DNA of 64,000 bases, from assembly GCA_026196615.1 (NCBI GenBank), contig JAPHSW010000144.1, positions 23,987-87,986 on the forward strand, given 5' to 3'. Below, one piece after another: positions 41,189-50,655 of this stretch. The DNA comes from Gammaproteobacteria bacterium. GTDB taxonomy: Bacteria; Pseudomonadota; Gammaproteobacteria; GRL18. The notes under the pieces are model-generated. The model was not told where the DNA came from and made no database searches. It was given only the letters and a program-made list of their open reading frames with translations. Both the position numbers and the translations under genes were made by a program. Position 1 is the stretch's first letter, and each line of letters begins with the position of its first letter.

Positions 41189-41995
41189 ATGATTCAAGGC
41201 ACAAAAATAAATCTGGATAATAAATCAGCGGTTGTACTCCATCATTATAACTATCGAGACTCCAGTCTTATTGTTAATTTTTTTTTAAGTGACTTTGGTC
41301 TGGTTAGTGCCGTAGCAAAAGGTATCAAAGGCAAAAAAAACAAACAAAATCAGTTTGTTTTATTACAGCCGTTTAAAAGACTTAAGGTTTCTCTGACTGG
41401 AAAAAATGACCTGCTAATTTTAACTTCTGTTGAGCTTTCTAATGTTTTTGTAAAGGATTTATCATCACAGGTATGGGATTTATCTGGAAAACCGTTGTAT
41501 TGTGCCTATTATATTAATGAATTATTATTGCGTTTACTTCCCTCACATACAAACTGCTATGAAATTTTTTCACTTTATGAACACACACTAGATATTCTTT
41601 CACACTTTTCTAGTAATAATTCTAAGCAGCCCTCTATTGGAGATAACGAAGAAGTATCTATTCAATATGAAGTGCCATTAAGAATGTTTGAAATTAAACT
41701 ACTTGAGTATCTTGGTTATGCACTTAACCTAAGTTATGACGTTGAAACAAATTTGGTGATTGAAAGTGATAAGCAATACTATTATATCCTCGATACAGGG
41801 CCAACTCTTATTCCAGTCGATAATATTAAAAATTTAGTCATTAGTGGTAGTACTCTTATAAATATGTCTAATCATCAATTTACTGATCAGAAAACCTTGC
41901 AAGAAAGTAAACAACTATTAAAATGGGCTCTTGCTGTACATTTGGGTGAAAAACCATTAAAAAGTCGTGAAATGTTTAAACAACTTTATTGTTAA
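41189..41995 (+). CDS. recO: DNA repair protein RecO
   Basis: It has the position after era and the length expected for recO. The N-terminal OB-fold region reads 'AVVLHHYNYRDSSLIVNFF...GLVSAVAKG'. Confidence 0.75.
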   Translation: MIQGTKINLDNKSAVVLHHYNYRDSSLIVNFFLSDFGLVSAVAKGIKGKKNKQNQFVLLQPFKRLKVSLTGKNDLLILTSVELSNVFVKDLSSQVWDLSGKPLYCAYYINELLLRLLPSHTNCYEIFSLYEHTLDILSHFSSNNSKQPSIGDNEEVSIQYEVPLRMFEIKLLEYLGYALNLSYDVETNLVIESDKQYYYILDTGPTLIPVDNIKNLVISGSTLINMSNHQFTDQKTLQESKQLLKWALAVHLGEKPLKSREMFKQLYC

Positions 41996-41999
41996 ATTG

Positions 42000-42030
42000 A
42001 GTTGTTTTCTGTATTGAACAACTATTTTTT
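42000..42030 (+). terminator. Rho-independent terminator after recO
   Basis: AGTTGTT (42000-42006) pairs with AACAACT (42017-42023), followed by ATTTTTT. Confidence 0.5.
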
Positions 42031-42074
42031 GTATGATTAATTTGCTAAATTTTAAGTTCCTTAAAGGATAAATA

Positions 42075-42818
42075 ATGAGTCACAGTTCAGACATTCTTCT
42101 TGGTGTAAATATCGATCATATTGCTACATTAAGACAAGCTAGAGGTACACGCTATCCTGATCCTGTGAAAGCAGCAATGGATGTTGAATTTGCTGGTGCA
42201 GATGCTATAACCTTGCATTTAAGAGAAGATAGGAGACATATTCAGGAACGTGATGTTTATCTCATTAACGAGGTATTACAAACACGAATGAATCTTGAAA
42301 TGGCGGTAACTGACTCAATGTTGGATATTGCTGAAAAAGTAAAACCATCGGATTGTTGTTTGGTTCCTGAAAAGCGTGAAGAGTTAACAACTGAAGGTGG
42401 CTTGGATGTTGCCTCTCAGATAGATAAAATAACTGATGCTTGTCAACGACTGGCTGAAGCTGATGTTCGAGTGTCGCTTTTTATTGATGCGGACAAAAAT
42501 CAAATTGAGGCAGCTGCACAAGTTAATGCTCCAGTTATCGAAATTCATACAGGACACTATGCTGATTTTTGTGGGGATGCTCAGCAGAAAGAATTTGAAC
42601 GAATTAAAGATGGGGTTTTGTATGCAAAGTCTCTGGGTTTACATGTCAATGCAGGTCATGGTCTTCATTACCATAATGTTAAAGCTATTGCAGCGCTTGT
42701 GGATATAGAAGAGTTAAATATCGGTCATGCTATTATTGCTCAGGCATTGTTTTGTGGACTAGGAAATGCTGTCAAGGAAATGAAAGAAATCATGATGATG
42801 GCAAGAAATAATCTTTAA
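42075..42818 (+). CDS. pdxJ: Pyridoxine 5'-phosphate synthase
   Basis: '[16 protein letters not shown]', '[12 protein letters not shown]' and 'EIHTG...NAGHGL'. Confidence 0.93.
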   Translation: MSHSSDILLGVNIDHIATLRQARGTRYPDPVKAAMDVEFAGADAITLHLREDRRHIQERDVYLINEVLQTRMNLEMAVTDSMLDIAEKVKPSDCCLVPEKREELTTEGGLDVASQIDKITDACQRLAEADVRVSLFIDADKNQIEAAAQVNAPVIEIHTGHYADFCGDAQQKEFERIKDGVLYAKSLGLHVNAGHGLHYHNVKAIAALVDIEELNIGHAIIAQALFCGLGNAVKEMKEIMMMARNNL

Positions 42819-42886
42819 ATTAGTGTTTTTTATTATTAAACATTCCTTGCAATCAAACAAATCATTAATTAATTTTAAAAAAAATT

Positions 42887-43690
42887 ATGCAAACAAGCAC
42901 TCTTCAAGAAAAATTTAATTCTTTACGTAGCAACAAATTATTTGAATTCTTTGTTATTTCAATTATTATTTTTTCAGCATTGGTTATTGGTGCGAAAACA
43001 TATGATATTTCCCCAGGCGCCCTATGGATAATTCATTTACTTGATTGGTTCATAACCTTCTTTTTTCTAACTGAGATTATCATCCGCTTTTTAGGTGAGG
43101 AACATAAAAAAGACTTCTTTAAACATGGCTGGAATATTTTCGATACTCTCATTGTTATCACTAGTCTAATACCTGTAGAAGACAGTGAATTAGCCATTAT
43201 TGGGCGACTAATTCGAATTTTTCGAGTCTTGAGAATGGTTTCTATTATCCCAGAGTTAAAGATGTTGTTGAACTCATTACTCATTGCTTTGCCTCAACTG
43301 GGTTATATTATTGCTTTGATGTTTATTATTTTTTATATCTATGCGGCAATCGGAAGCACTTTTTTTGCTTCAATTAACCCGGTTTTATGGGGGGACATTG
43401 CTATTTCCATGTTGACTTTATTTCGGGTGATGACTTTTGAAGACTGGACTGATGTTATGTACGAAACCATGGCAGTATATCCTTTAAGCTGGACTTATTA
43501 TCTTAGTTTTATCTTTTTTACGGCTTTTGCTTTCTTAAATATGGTAATTGGTGTGGTTGTTAATGTTTTAAATGAGGAGCATGAAAAAATCAGGCTTGAA
43601 GAAGAGTTAGCAGAAGAACATGTGACTATAGAGGATTTAGATAAAAAAATTGAAGAGTTGAAACTGCTAATATTATCTAGAGGTTCCTAA
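42887..43690 (+). CDS. Single-domain voltage-gated cation channel of the BacNav/NaChBac family, with an acidic TFEDWTD pore
   Basis: Six TM segments. S4 reads 'RLIRIFRVLRMV', with Arg at every third position. The pore reads 'LFRVMTFEDWTDVMY'. A C-terminal coiled coil reads 'EEHVTIEDLDKKIEELKLLI'. Confidence 0.8.
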   Translation: MQTSTLQEKFNSLRSNKLFEFFVISIIIFSALVIGAKTYDISPGALWIIHLLDWFITFFFLTEIIIRFLGEEHKKDFFKHGWNIFDTLIVITSLIPVEDSELAIIGRLIRIFRVLRMVSIIPELKMLLNSLLIALPQLGYIIALMFIIFYIYAAIGSTFFASINPVLWGDIAISMLTLFRVMTFEDWTDVMYETMAVYPLSWTYYLSFIFFTAFAFLNMVIGVVVNVLNEEHEKIRLEEELAEEHVTIEDLDKKIEELKLLILSRGS

Positions 43691-43961
43691 GCTTAGTTAT
43701 TGATATCTTTTGTTTTTATTTTTAAAAAAATGATAATAAATAATAGATTTTGTTTACAAAAGTAAAAAATAGGTCTATTGTTATGATATGTGAGCTAATA
43801 CTCATTTATGAGGAATGCTCTCTGGCAAATATAGCACTGAGAATATGTTCACAGATTTTTTTCTTTTTAAAATTTAGACTATTTATAAAAGAAATTTGAG
43901 TATACGGATATTCTCGTCTTTTGCTTTATACCTGCTCTTATCTTAAAGAAGGGGATAGATA

Positions 43962-44021
43962 ATGATGACTTTATTTGTGTTAGCCTGTGTATTCATGGTT
44001 CTTATAACTGTTCCAGTTTGA
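43962..44021 (+). CDS. Candidate 19-aa hydrophobic mini-protein (MMTLFVLACVFMVLITVPV)
   Basis: An AAGGGGA Shine-Dalgarno (43949-43955) lies 6 nt before the ATG. The peptide is entirely hydrophobic, and a 6-bp hairpin AGAATC/GATTCT starts at the stop codon. It is too short for the ORF track, and I cannot assess homology. Confidence 0.3.
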   Translation: MMTLFVLACVFMVLITVPV

Positions 44022-44805
44022 GAATCTATTTTTGGATTCTATATTTAAAATAAATGAGATACAATTTAGATACTTTTAACTTATTGAAATACTAGATGTT
44101 TCTAGCTTTATAATAGAATTATGTACTTTTTATGTTTGTAAAGTGGTTTTTGGATAAAACCATGCACGGGCGGTGTGAATTAAAATTTTCCATGCCCTAA
44201 AAGTGTCAATGGAGTGATCAATATTCCCGCCACAGGTTATTAAATTAAATAATCAACTTTCACAATCCAATTTCTTATATATTGATATTTAACGAGTCGA
44301 ATTTTATAAAGTTTAATTGTTCTTATTTCCAACAACTCATCTTAAAGAGTATGAGAAATGTATTAAAATTTCTTCACTCTATATGCTTCTTGAAACCGAT
44401 ATTAATGTAATGGAAAAGTGATACTTATGGTAGGTTAATTAGATTATAATTAGTAAATTAAAAAAAAGTACTGATAACAATATTGAATGCAATCCACAAT
44501 TAATTAAATACTGTACATAAAATTTTGGTGAAATAATTTTATGAAGATTACTCAGCAGTTTGTGTAAAATATCCACCTTGTTTGACTTTAACATTCAATA
44601 TATTGTTATAATAAAGAAATATTAAAAAAATCTTTATTTTGCAACAATTTAGACTATATTGTTATAGTATGTTATTAAAATATGATATAAAGTACTATCA
44701 GTAATACCTTTATTGATTAGTTTTATGGGACAATGTAGTTGATATATAGATATTTCATCTCAAATATCATAAAGCTGTACATGGACAAATAAAGTACAAA
44801 AAGTT

Positions 44806-45294
44806 ATGCAGAGTATATTTATAAAAAATATTATAGTGTTATTGGGCATAGGGCTTTTTTTAGCACTAATTACATTTAATGGATTAAATTTCTATAATTT
44901 ATTAAATAGAACATCAGAACCTCTTCAACCTGACACTACTACCACATTGATTAAGCAATCAAAAAAAATCCCTCCACCTCAGGCGATTGTACGTTGGCAT
45001 CTTTTCGGCACAAATTCAGTTAAGCAGCAGGCCAAAGTACCCAAAAGTACCTTACGCTTGAAAATAATTGGTATTATTAGTTCGACTCTTGATGGAGAAG
45101 CGAGGGTTATAATTGAAGATTCATCTCGAAAACAAAAGTTTTACAAAGTGGGTGATAAAATTAAACAAAATGTGTCAGTTAAATCAATTCATGCTGATCA
45201 TATCGTCATTATGCATAATTCTCGTCAGGAAATTGTGCAATTTAAAAGCCTAAACATCCAGAAAAATATAATTAAAAAAGTAGTTTTACAATGA
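44806..45294 (+). CDS. gspC: Type II secretion protein GspC (short form: TM + HR domain only)
   Basis: N-terminal TM, then 'VRWHLFG...STLRLKIIGIISS...ARVIIED...FYKVGDKI...VKSIHADHIVI', the GspC HR-domain pattern. An ATGA overlap couples it to gspD. Confidence 0.7.
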   Translation: MQSIFIKNIIVLLGIGLFLALITFNGLNFYNLLNRTSEPLQPDTTTTLIKQSKKIPPPQAIVRWHLFGTNSVKQQAKVPKSTLRLKIIGIISSTLDGEARVIIEDSSRKQKFYKVGDKIKQNVSVKSIHADHIVIMHNSRQEIVQFKSLNIQKNIIKKVVLQ

Positions 45295-47174
45295 GTATTA
45301 TTAAAAAAATTTCAATCCTAACTCAAATTAAAATGCACTGTAAAATTTTACTTTTTACTGTATTTTTAAGCCAATCTTTCAATGTTTTTGCAAATGATTC
45401 CTATGTTTTTAATATGCAAGATGTAGATATTAGAACCATGATTTCTACAGTTTCTGATGTGACTGGAAAAAATTTCATTATTGATCCTAATGTGAAAGGT
45501 AAAGTTACTGTTATTTCAAAGAAAAGTATGTCAGCAATTGAGGTTTATCATATTTTTCTATCTTTACTTGATGTCCATGGATATTCAGTTGTGCCCACTG
45601 TTGAATCAAATACATTTAAGGTTATCAAAGGTATAACTGCAAAATCAAAAGCAGTTCCCAATGACTTAAATAGTGCAATTAAAGGTGATCAATTGGTTAC
45701 CAGAGTAATAAAAATTGAACATACTCAAGCCATGCAGATGGTTCAGATATTAAGGCCGCTTGTTCCACAACACGCTTATCTTGCTGGTTATGCGGATAGT
45801 AATATGATTGTTATTTCTGATTCCGCTAATAATATTACTCGATTAGTTGAGCTGGTTTCTCGTCTTGATATGCCTGGTGATGGTAATATTGAAATGATTC
45901 GTTTAAAAAATGCATCTGCAAAAGAGTTAGCACAAACATTATCTTCACTTAATCGCACCAAGAAAACACTTTCTCAAGTTGTTGTCGCCGATGTTCGTAG
46001 TAACAGTTTGCTTATTGGTGGTGATGCAACGACTCGTATGAACCTTAAAGCATTAATCTTTAAATTAGATTCAGAAGTGAATACAATGAGAAATGCGAAT
46101 GTTATCTATTTAAGCTATGCTAAAGCCTCTGATATTGCCTCTATATTAAATGAAATTGTTAAAATGTCATCTGATAATAAGGGAAATAACTCTTCTGATA
46201 TTGTTATTAGTCCCGATGAAAATTCTAATGCATTGGTAATAAAGTCTTCCTTTTCAAAATTTTCTGAAATTAAAGAAGTAGTTTCTAAACTTGATATTCC
46301 AAGAGCTCAGGTCCATATTGAAGCCATTTTAGCTGAAGTTTCTTATTCACTTGAGAAAGAGTTAGGTGTTGAGTGGAATACTAGTGTTTCTGGTTCAGGT
46401 GTTGTGGCAAATGTTGCTACTGGCTTAGCTTTGAAGGATATTTTTTCTTTATCTTATTTAAATAGTTCAGGTGATATTAAAGCTGTTTTAAAAGTTTTAG
46501 AAAGTGATACCGACAGTAATATTCTTTCTACACCCTCTTTATTAACCCTGGATAACCAGGAGGCATCGATTGTTGTTGGTGAAAATGTTCCTTTTTTAAC
46601 AGGTACACAACAATCACAAGATGGTTTATCAAACCCTTTTCAGACCATTGAGCGTAAAGATGTTGGCTTAACTTTAAAAGTAACTCCAAGATTAAATAAA
46701 GGGAGTACTATTATTATGGATATTTATCAGGAAGTTTCAAATGTTATACCTAAGGTACAAAATATTGCTGCGGTTGATCTTGTAACAAAAAAACGAGCTA
46801 TAGAAACCACTGTTATGGTAGAAGATCGTGGTATGGTTGTTCTTGGGGGATTGATTCAAGATGATTTGGTCAATACTGTTAATAAAGTACCTATTCTTGG
46901 GGATATTCCATTGATTGGTGAAGTGTTTAAGTCATCAAAAGTTGAAACTGAAAAAGCAAATTTAATGGTTTTTATTCGTCCAACCATTTTAAGTAACCCT
47001 GTACTTGCTAATGAAATGGCAATGAGTAAATATCAATTTATCCGTTCTGAACAAGAAGACTTTAAAGAAAAGGGCGTTCGTTTGATTGAAGACGAAACTA
47101 TTCCCATTCTGCCAGAGTATGCTAAACCGGATGGCAGTAAAGTTGTTTTACCTAATCCTTTTAAAAGTGAATAA
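45291..47174 (+). CDS. gspD: Type II secretion secretin GspD
   Basis: N0-N3 domains and a secretin core ('ILSTPSLLTLDNQEASIVVGENVPF', 'VPILGDIPLIGEVFK'). Confidence 0.93.
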   Translation: MSIIKKISILTQIKMHCKILLFTVFLSQSFNVFANDSYVFNMQDVDIRTMISTVSDVTGKNFIIDPNVKGKVTVISKKSMSAIEVYHIFLSLLDVHGYSVVPTVESNTFKVIKGITAKSKAVPNDLNSAIKGDQLVTRVIKIEHTQAMQMVQILRPLVPQHAYLAGYADSNMIVISDSANNITRLVELVSRLDMPGDGNIEMIRLKNASAKELAQTLSSLNRTKKTLSQVVVADVRSNSLLIGGDATTRMNLKALIFKLDSEVNTMRNANVIYLSYAKASDIASILNEIVKMSSDNKGNNSSDIVISPDENSNALVIKSSFSKFSEIKEVVSKLDIPRAQVHIEAILAEVSYSLEKELGVEWNTSVSGSGVVANVATGLALKDIFSLSYLNSSGDIKAVLKVLESDTDSNILSTPSLLTLDNQEASIVVGENVPFLTGTQQSQDGLSNPFQTIERKDVGLTLKVTPRLNKGSTIIMDIYQEVSNVIPKVQNIAAVDLVTKKRAIETTVMVEDRGMVVLGGLIQDDLVNTVNKVPILGDIPLIGEVFKSSKVETEKANLMVFIRPTILSNPVLANEMAMSKYQFIRSEQEDFKEKGVRLIEDETIPILPEYAKPDGSKVVLPNPFKSE

Positions 47175-47186
47175 AGGATAGTAAAG

Positions 47187-48851
47187 GTGACTGATCATAA
47201 AAATCAAAAAAAACGGTTTGAAATTGAAGAAATGGTTTCGAATCTTGTATGGAACCATGATTTAGATGATTTTGAAGATGATGAGCTTTCTTTAGACTTA
47301 GAAAATTCATTAAATAATGACAAGCTTATTGAAACAGATTCTTTTGAAGGTAATCTTGATTCATCTTTTAGTGTTTCTTTTGCATATGCAAAACGTCAGG
47401 GAGTTGTTGTAAAATCAAACAGTTCCTCGTTGAATAATAGCGGAAAAGAAACAATCGTATTTTGTCGCAATGATATTGATCCTTTAACTGTTTCTGAATT
47501 ATTTCGCATCTCACCGGTCAAATTATCCTTTAAATTTATTGATTATGATGAATTTGAATCTTTATTACATTCTACTTATGAACAAGGTGGAAGCAGTCAT
47601 AATATAGAAAATATTGATTTAGGTGATAATGTTGACTTGTTAAGTGTTGCGCAACAACTTGCAGAACCTGAAGATCTTTTAGAAAGTGAAGATGATGCAC
47701 CAATTATTCGTTTGATTAACGCCATTCTTGCAGAAGCAATTAAAGAAAATGCCTCTGACATTCATATCGAACCTTTTGAGCAACGTCTTGTAGTACGTTT
47801 ACGAGTTGATGGTGTTTTACGTGAGGTAATTCAGCCTCCCAAAGAATTAGGTAGTTTATTAGTTTCTCGTATTAAAGTAATGGCTAAGTTAGATATTGCG
47901 GAAAAAAGAGTACCGCAAGACGGTCGAATTTCTCTAAAACTTGCTGGTAAAGCGATTGATGTTCGTGTTTCTACATTACCAACGGGTGGTGGAGAACGTG
48001 TAGTTATGCGTTTGCTTGATAATCAGGCAGGACGCTTGAATATTGAAAATATGGGAATTGGGATTGAGACACGAAAGTTACTTAGAGAGCTGATTGTAAA
48101 ACCTCATGGCATTATTCTTGTCACCGGGCCGACTGGTTCAGGTAAAACGACTACATTATATGCTATTTTGACAGAACTAAATAATAGCAAACGAAATTTA
48201 ATTACTGTTGAAGATCCTATCGAGTATTATCTTGAAGGTGTTGGCCAAACTCAGGTTAATAATAAAGTTGATATGACCTTTGCACGTGGTTTAAGGGCTA
48301 TATTACGTCAGGATCCAGATATAGTAATGGTGGGTGAAATTCGTGATAGTGAAACTGCAGATATTGCAGTACAAGCAAGTTTGACTGGACATTTAGTGCT
48401 TTCAACTTTACATACCAATACAGCAATAGGTTCTATCACACGCCTACGTGATATGGGGGTTGAACCATTTTTGTTATCATCAAGCCTTATTGCTGTACTA
48501 GCTCAAAGACTTGTCAGAGTTTTGTGTTCAATTTGCCGAGAGCCTTATGAACCAACAGAATTAGAGAAACAAAAAATGGGAATTGATACATCTGATGATG
48601 TTAAATTCTATCATGCAGTAGGTTGTCCAGCCTGTAATGGGCAAGGTTATAAAGGAAGAACAGGGGTTTATGAGTTACTCATTATTGATAATGAAATCCG
48701 AAATATGATTCATGATGATGCTTCAGAACAAGTGATTGAACAGGAGGCGAGGAAAAAAACTCACTCAATTCAAGAAGATGGTATTAGACTTGTTTTAAAA
48801 GGCACAACAACTGCTGATGAAATATTTCGAGTTATTCGGAAGATTGATTAG
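47187..48851 (+). CDS. gspE: Type II secretion ATPase GspE
   Basis: Walker A 'GPTGSGKTT', 'ILRQDPDIVMVGEIRD', and the tetracysteine motif 'CSIC...CPAC'. GTG start. Confidence 0.93.
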   Translation: MTDHKNQKKRFEIEEMVSNLVWNHDLDDFEDDELSLDLENSLNNDKLIETDSFEGNLDSSFSVSFAYAKRQGVVVKSNSSSLNNSGKETIVFCRNDIDPLTVSELFRISPVKLSFKFIDYDEFESLLHSTYEQGGSSHNIENIDLGDNVDLLSVAQQLAEPEDLLESEDDAPIIRLINAILAEAIKENASDIHIEPFEQRLVVRLRVDGVLREVIQPPKELGSLLVSRIKVMAKLDIAEKRVPQDGRISLKLAGKAIDVRVSTLPTGGGERVVMRLLDNQAGRLNIENMGIGIETRKLLRELIVKPHGIILVTGPTGSGKTTTLYAILTELNNSKRNLITVEDPIEYYLEGVGQTQVNNKVDMTFARGLRAILRQDPDIVMVGEIRDSETADIAVQASLTGHLVLSTLHTNTAIGSITRLRDMGVEPFLLSSSLIAVLAQRLVRVLCSICREPYEPTELEKQKMGIDTSDDVKFYHAVGCPACNGQGYKGRTGVYELLIIDNEIRNMIHDDASEQVIEQEARKKTHSIQEDGIRLVLKGTTTADEIFRVIRKID

Positions 48852-48910
48852 AACAATAATCTTATTGATTATATTAAAAATAGTTTGTACTAAATTATAG
48901 GAATATTAGA

Positions 48911-50131
48911 GTGCCTGCATTTGAATACAGTGCGTTGAATGCACAAGGTAAAACAGAAAAAGGTGTTTTAGAAGGTGACTCTACCAGACAAATCAGTCAA
49001 CAACTTAAGGCTAAGTCTCTAGTCCCGCTTGAAATCTCGGTTATTAATCGCCGAAAATCAAATCGATCAAATAATCTCCCTGTTTTAAAACGCGGCATTT
49101 CAATACCACAACTAGCAATATTGACTCGACAATTGGCCACAATGATTCGTTCAGGTAGTCCTGTTGAAAGTGCTTTAACAGCAGTTATCCAACAAACGAA
49201 TAAACCGAGAGTGAAAACAATACTCATGGCAATTCGCTCAAGAGTTCGTGAAGGTTATAGCCTGGCATCAGCATTGGACGAATTTCCTCACATATTCCCT
49301 GATCTTTATCGTGCAACAGTCGCATCTGGAGAACAGGCAGGTAAACTGGACTTTGTTCTTGGTCGAATGGCTGATCATGTTGAACATAGTCAGGCTCTTC
49401 GTAGTAAAATTATGCTTGCAATGGTATATCCTGTTGTACTGACTTTTGTGGCTTTATTGGTTACTGTTGTTCTTTTAACTTATGTCGTTCCAAAAGTAAT
49501 TCAGGTCTTTGAAGATATCGATCAAACACTTCCCGGAATCACACTTTTTTTAATAGCTTTAAGTGATTTTTTAAGGAATTTTGGTCTTTATATTGCTATT
49601 TTTATGACTTTAGCAGCTTTTATCTTTAATATATTATTACGAACAGAGTCGTTTAGGTATAGTTGGCACTCTTTTATACTGACGGTTCCAGGTGTGTCTC
49701 ATTTGGTAAAAGGGATGAATACTGCTATATTTGCCCGCACATTCAGTATATTAGCAGGGAGTGGTGTTAATGCTCTTGAAGCAATGAAAATTTCAGCTGG
49801 AGTAATGGGCAATTTAAAAATGAAGAAAGCGGTTCTTGATGCTTCTGAGCGTGTGAGAGAAGGAGCGGCAATAAGTCCCGCTCTTGAAAAAAGTAAATGT
49901 TTTCCACCAATGACAATTTATTTAATTGCCAGTGGTGAGAGTAGCGGCAATCTGGTTGATATGCTTGAACATGCAGCAAATAGCCAGGAAAAAGAATTTG
50001 AAACTATCACCAGTACAATTATGGGGCTTTTTGAGCCTTTACTAATAGTTGTTATGGGAGCGGTGGTTTTGTTTATTGTGGTTGCAATTTTGTTACCAAT
50101 TTTTCAATTAAATCAATTAGTGGGAGCATAG
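48911..50131 (+). CDS. gspF: Type II secretion inner-membrane platform GspF
   Basis: 'MPAFEYSALNAQGK' N-terminus, a duplicated T2SSF domain and 3 TM segments. Confidence 0.92.
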   Translation: MPAFEYSALNAQGKTEKGVLEGDSTRQISQQLKAKSLVPLEISVINRRKSNRSNNLPVLKRGISIPQLAILTRQLATMIRSGSPVESALTAVIQQTNKPRVKTILMAIRSRVREGYSLASALDEFPHIFPDLYRATVASGEQAGKLDFVLGRMADHVEHSQALRSKIMLAMVYPVVLTFVALLVTVVLLTYVVPKVIQVFEDIDQTLPGITLFLIALSDFLRNFGLYIAIFMTLAAFIFNILLRTESFRYSWHSFILTVPGVSHLVKGMNTAIFARTFSILAGSGVNALEAMKISAGVMGNLKMKKAVLDASERVREGAAISPALEKSKCFPPMTIYLIASGESSGNLVDMLEHAANSQEKEFETITSTIMGLFEPLLIVVMGAVVLFIVVAILLPIFQLNQLVGA

Positions 50132-50197
50132 GACTTGTCTCAAAATCTTATATATAAACAAAATTTAGAAAAACATTACTCACATAGGCAGTCTTAT

Positions 50198-50632
50198 ATG
50201 AGTACAAAAACTTCAAAACAATCCGGTTTTACTTTGATTGAAATTATGATTGTTGTTGTTATTTTGGGAATTCTGGCATCAATTGTTGTTCCAAATATTA
50301 TGGAAAGTCCAAATGAAGCTCGTATTGTTAAGGCAAAACAGGATATACGCACGCTTGAAGGTGCATTAAATTTATATAAACTTGATAATTTTAATTATCC
50401 AAGTACAGATCAGGGGCTTGAGGCATTAGTAAAAAAACCTAGTGGACAACCTGAAGCAAAAAATTGGAAAAAAAATGGCTATATGAAAAAGTTGCCAAAA
50501 GATCCATGGGGTAATGACTACCTCTACTTGAACTCCTCCAATGGTGGGGATATTCGTATTTTTTCATATGGAGCTGATGGACGTAAAGGTGGTGTTGATA
50601 GTGCTTCAGATATAGATAGTTTATCTCTATAG
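50198..50632 (+). CDS. gspG: Major pseudopilin GspG
   Basis: Prepilin leader and cleavage site 'KQSGFTLIEIMIVVVILGILA', plus 'DPWGNDYLY'. ATG 50198 is preferred to the track TTG at 50135. Confidence 0.92.
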   Translation: MSTKTSKQSGFTLIEIMIVVVILGILASIVVPNIMESPNEARIVKAKQDIRTLEGALNLYKLDNFNYPSTDQGLEALVKKPSGQPEAKNWKKNGYMKKLPKDPWGNDYLYLNSSNGGDIRIFSYGADGRKGGVDSASDIDSLSL

Positions 50633-50655
50633 TTTTTGATTGTTATTAATTTTTT

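Noticed and set aside
43871-44657. A 12-nt direct repeat, AATTTAGACTAT, occurs at 43871-43882 and 44646-44657 and could represent target-site duplications of a decayed insertion.
   Set aside because: One such match is about what chance predicts in 1.1 kb of strongly AT-biased sequence. There are no terminal inverted repeats and no transposase remnant between the copies.
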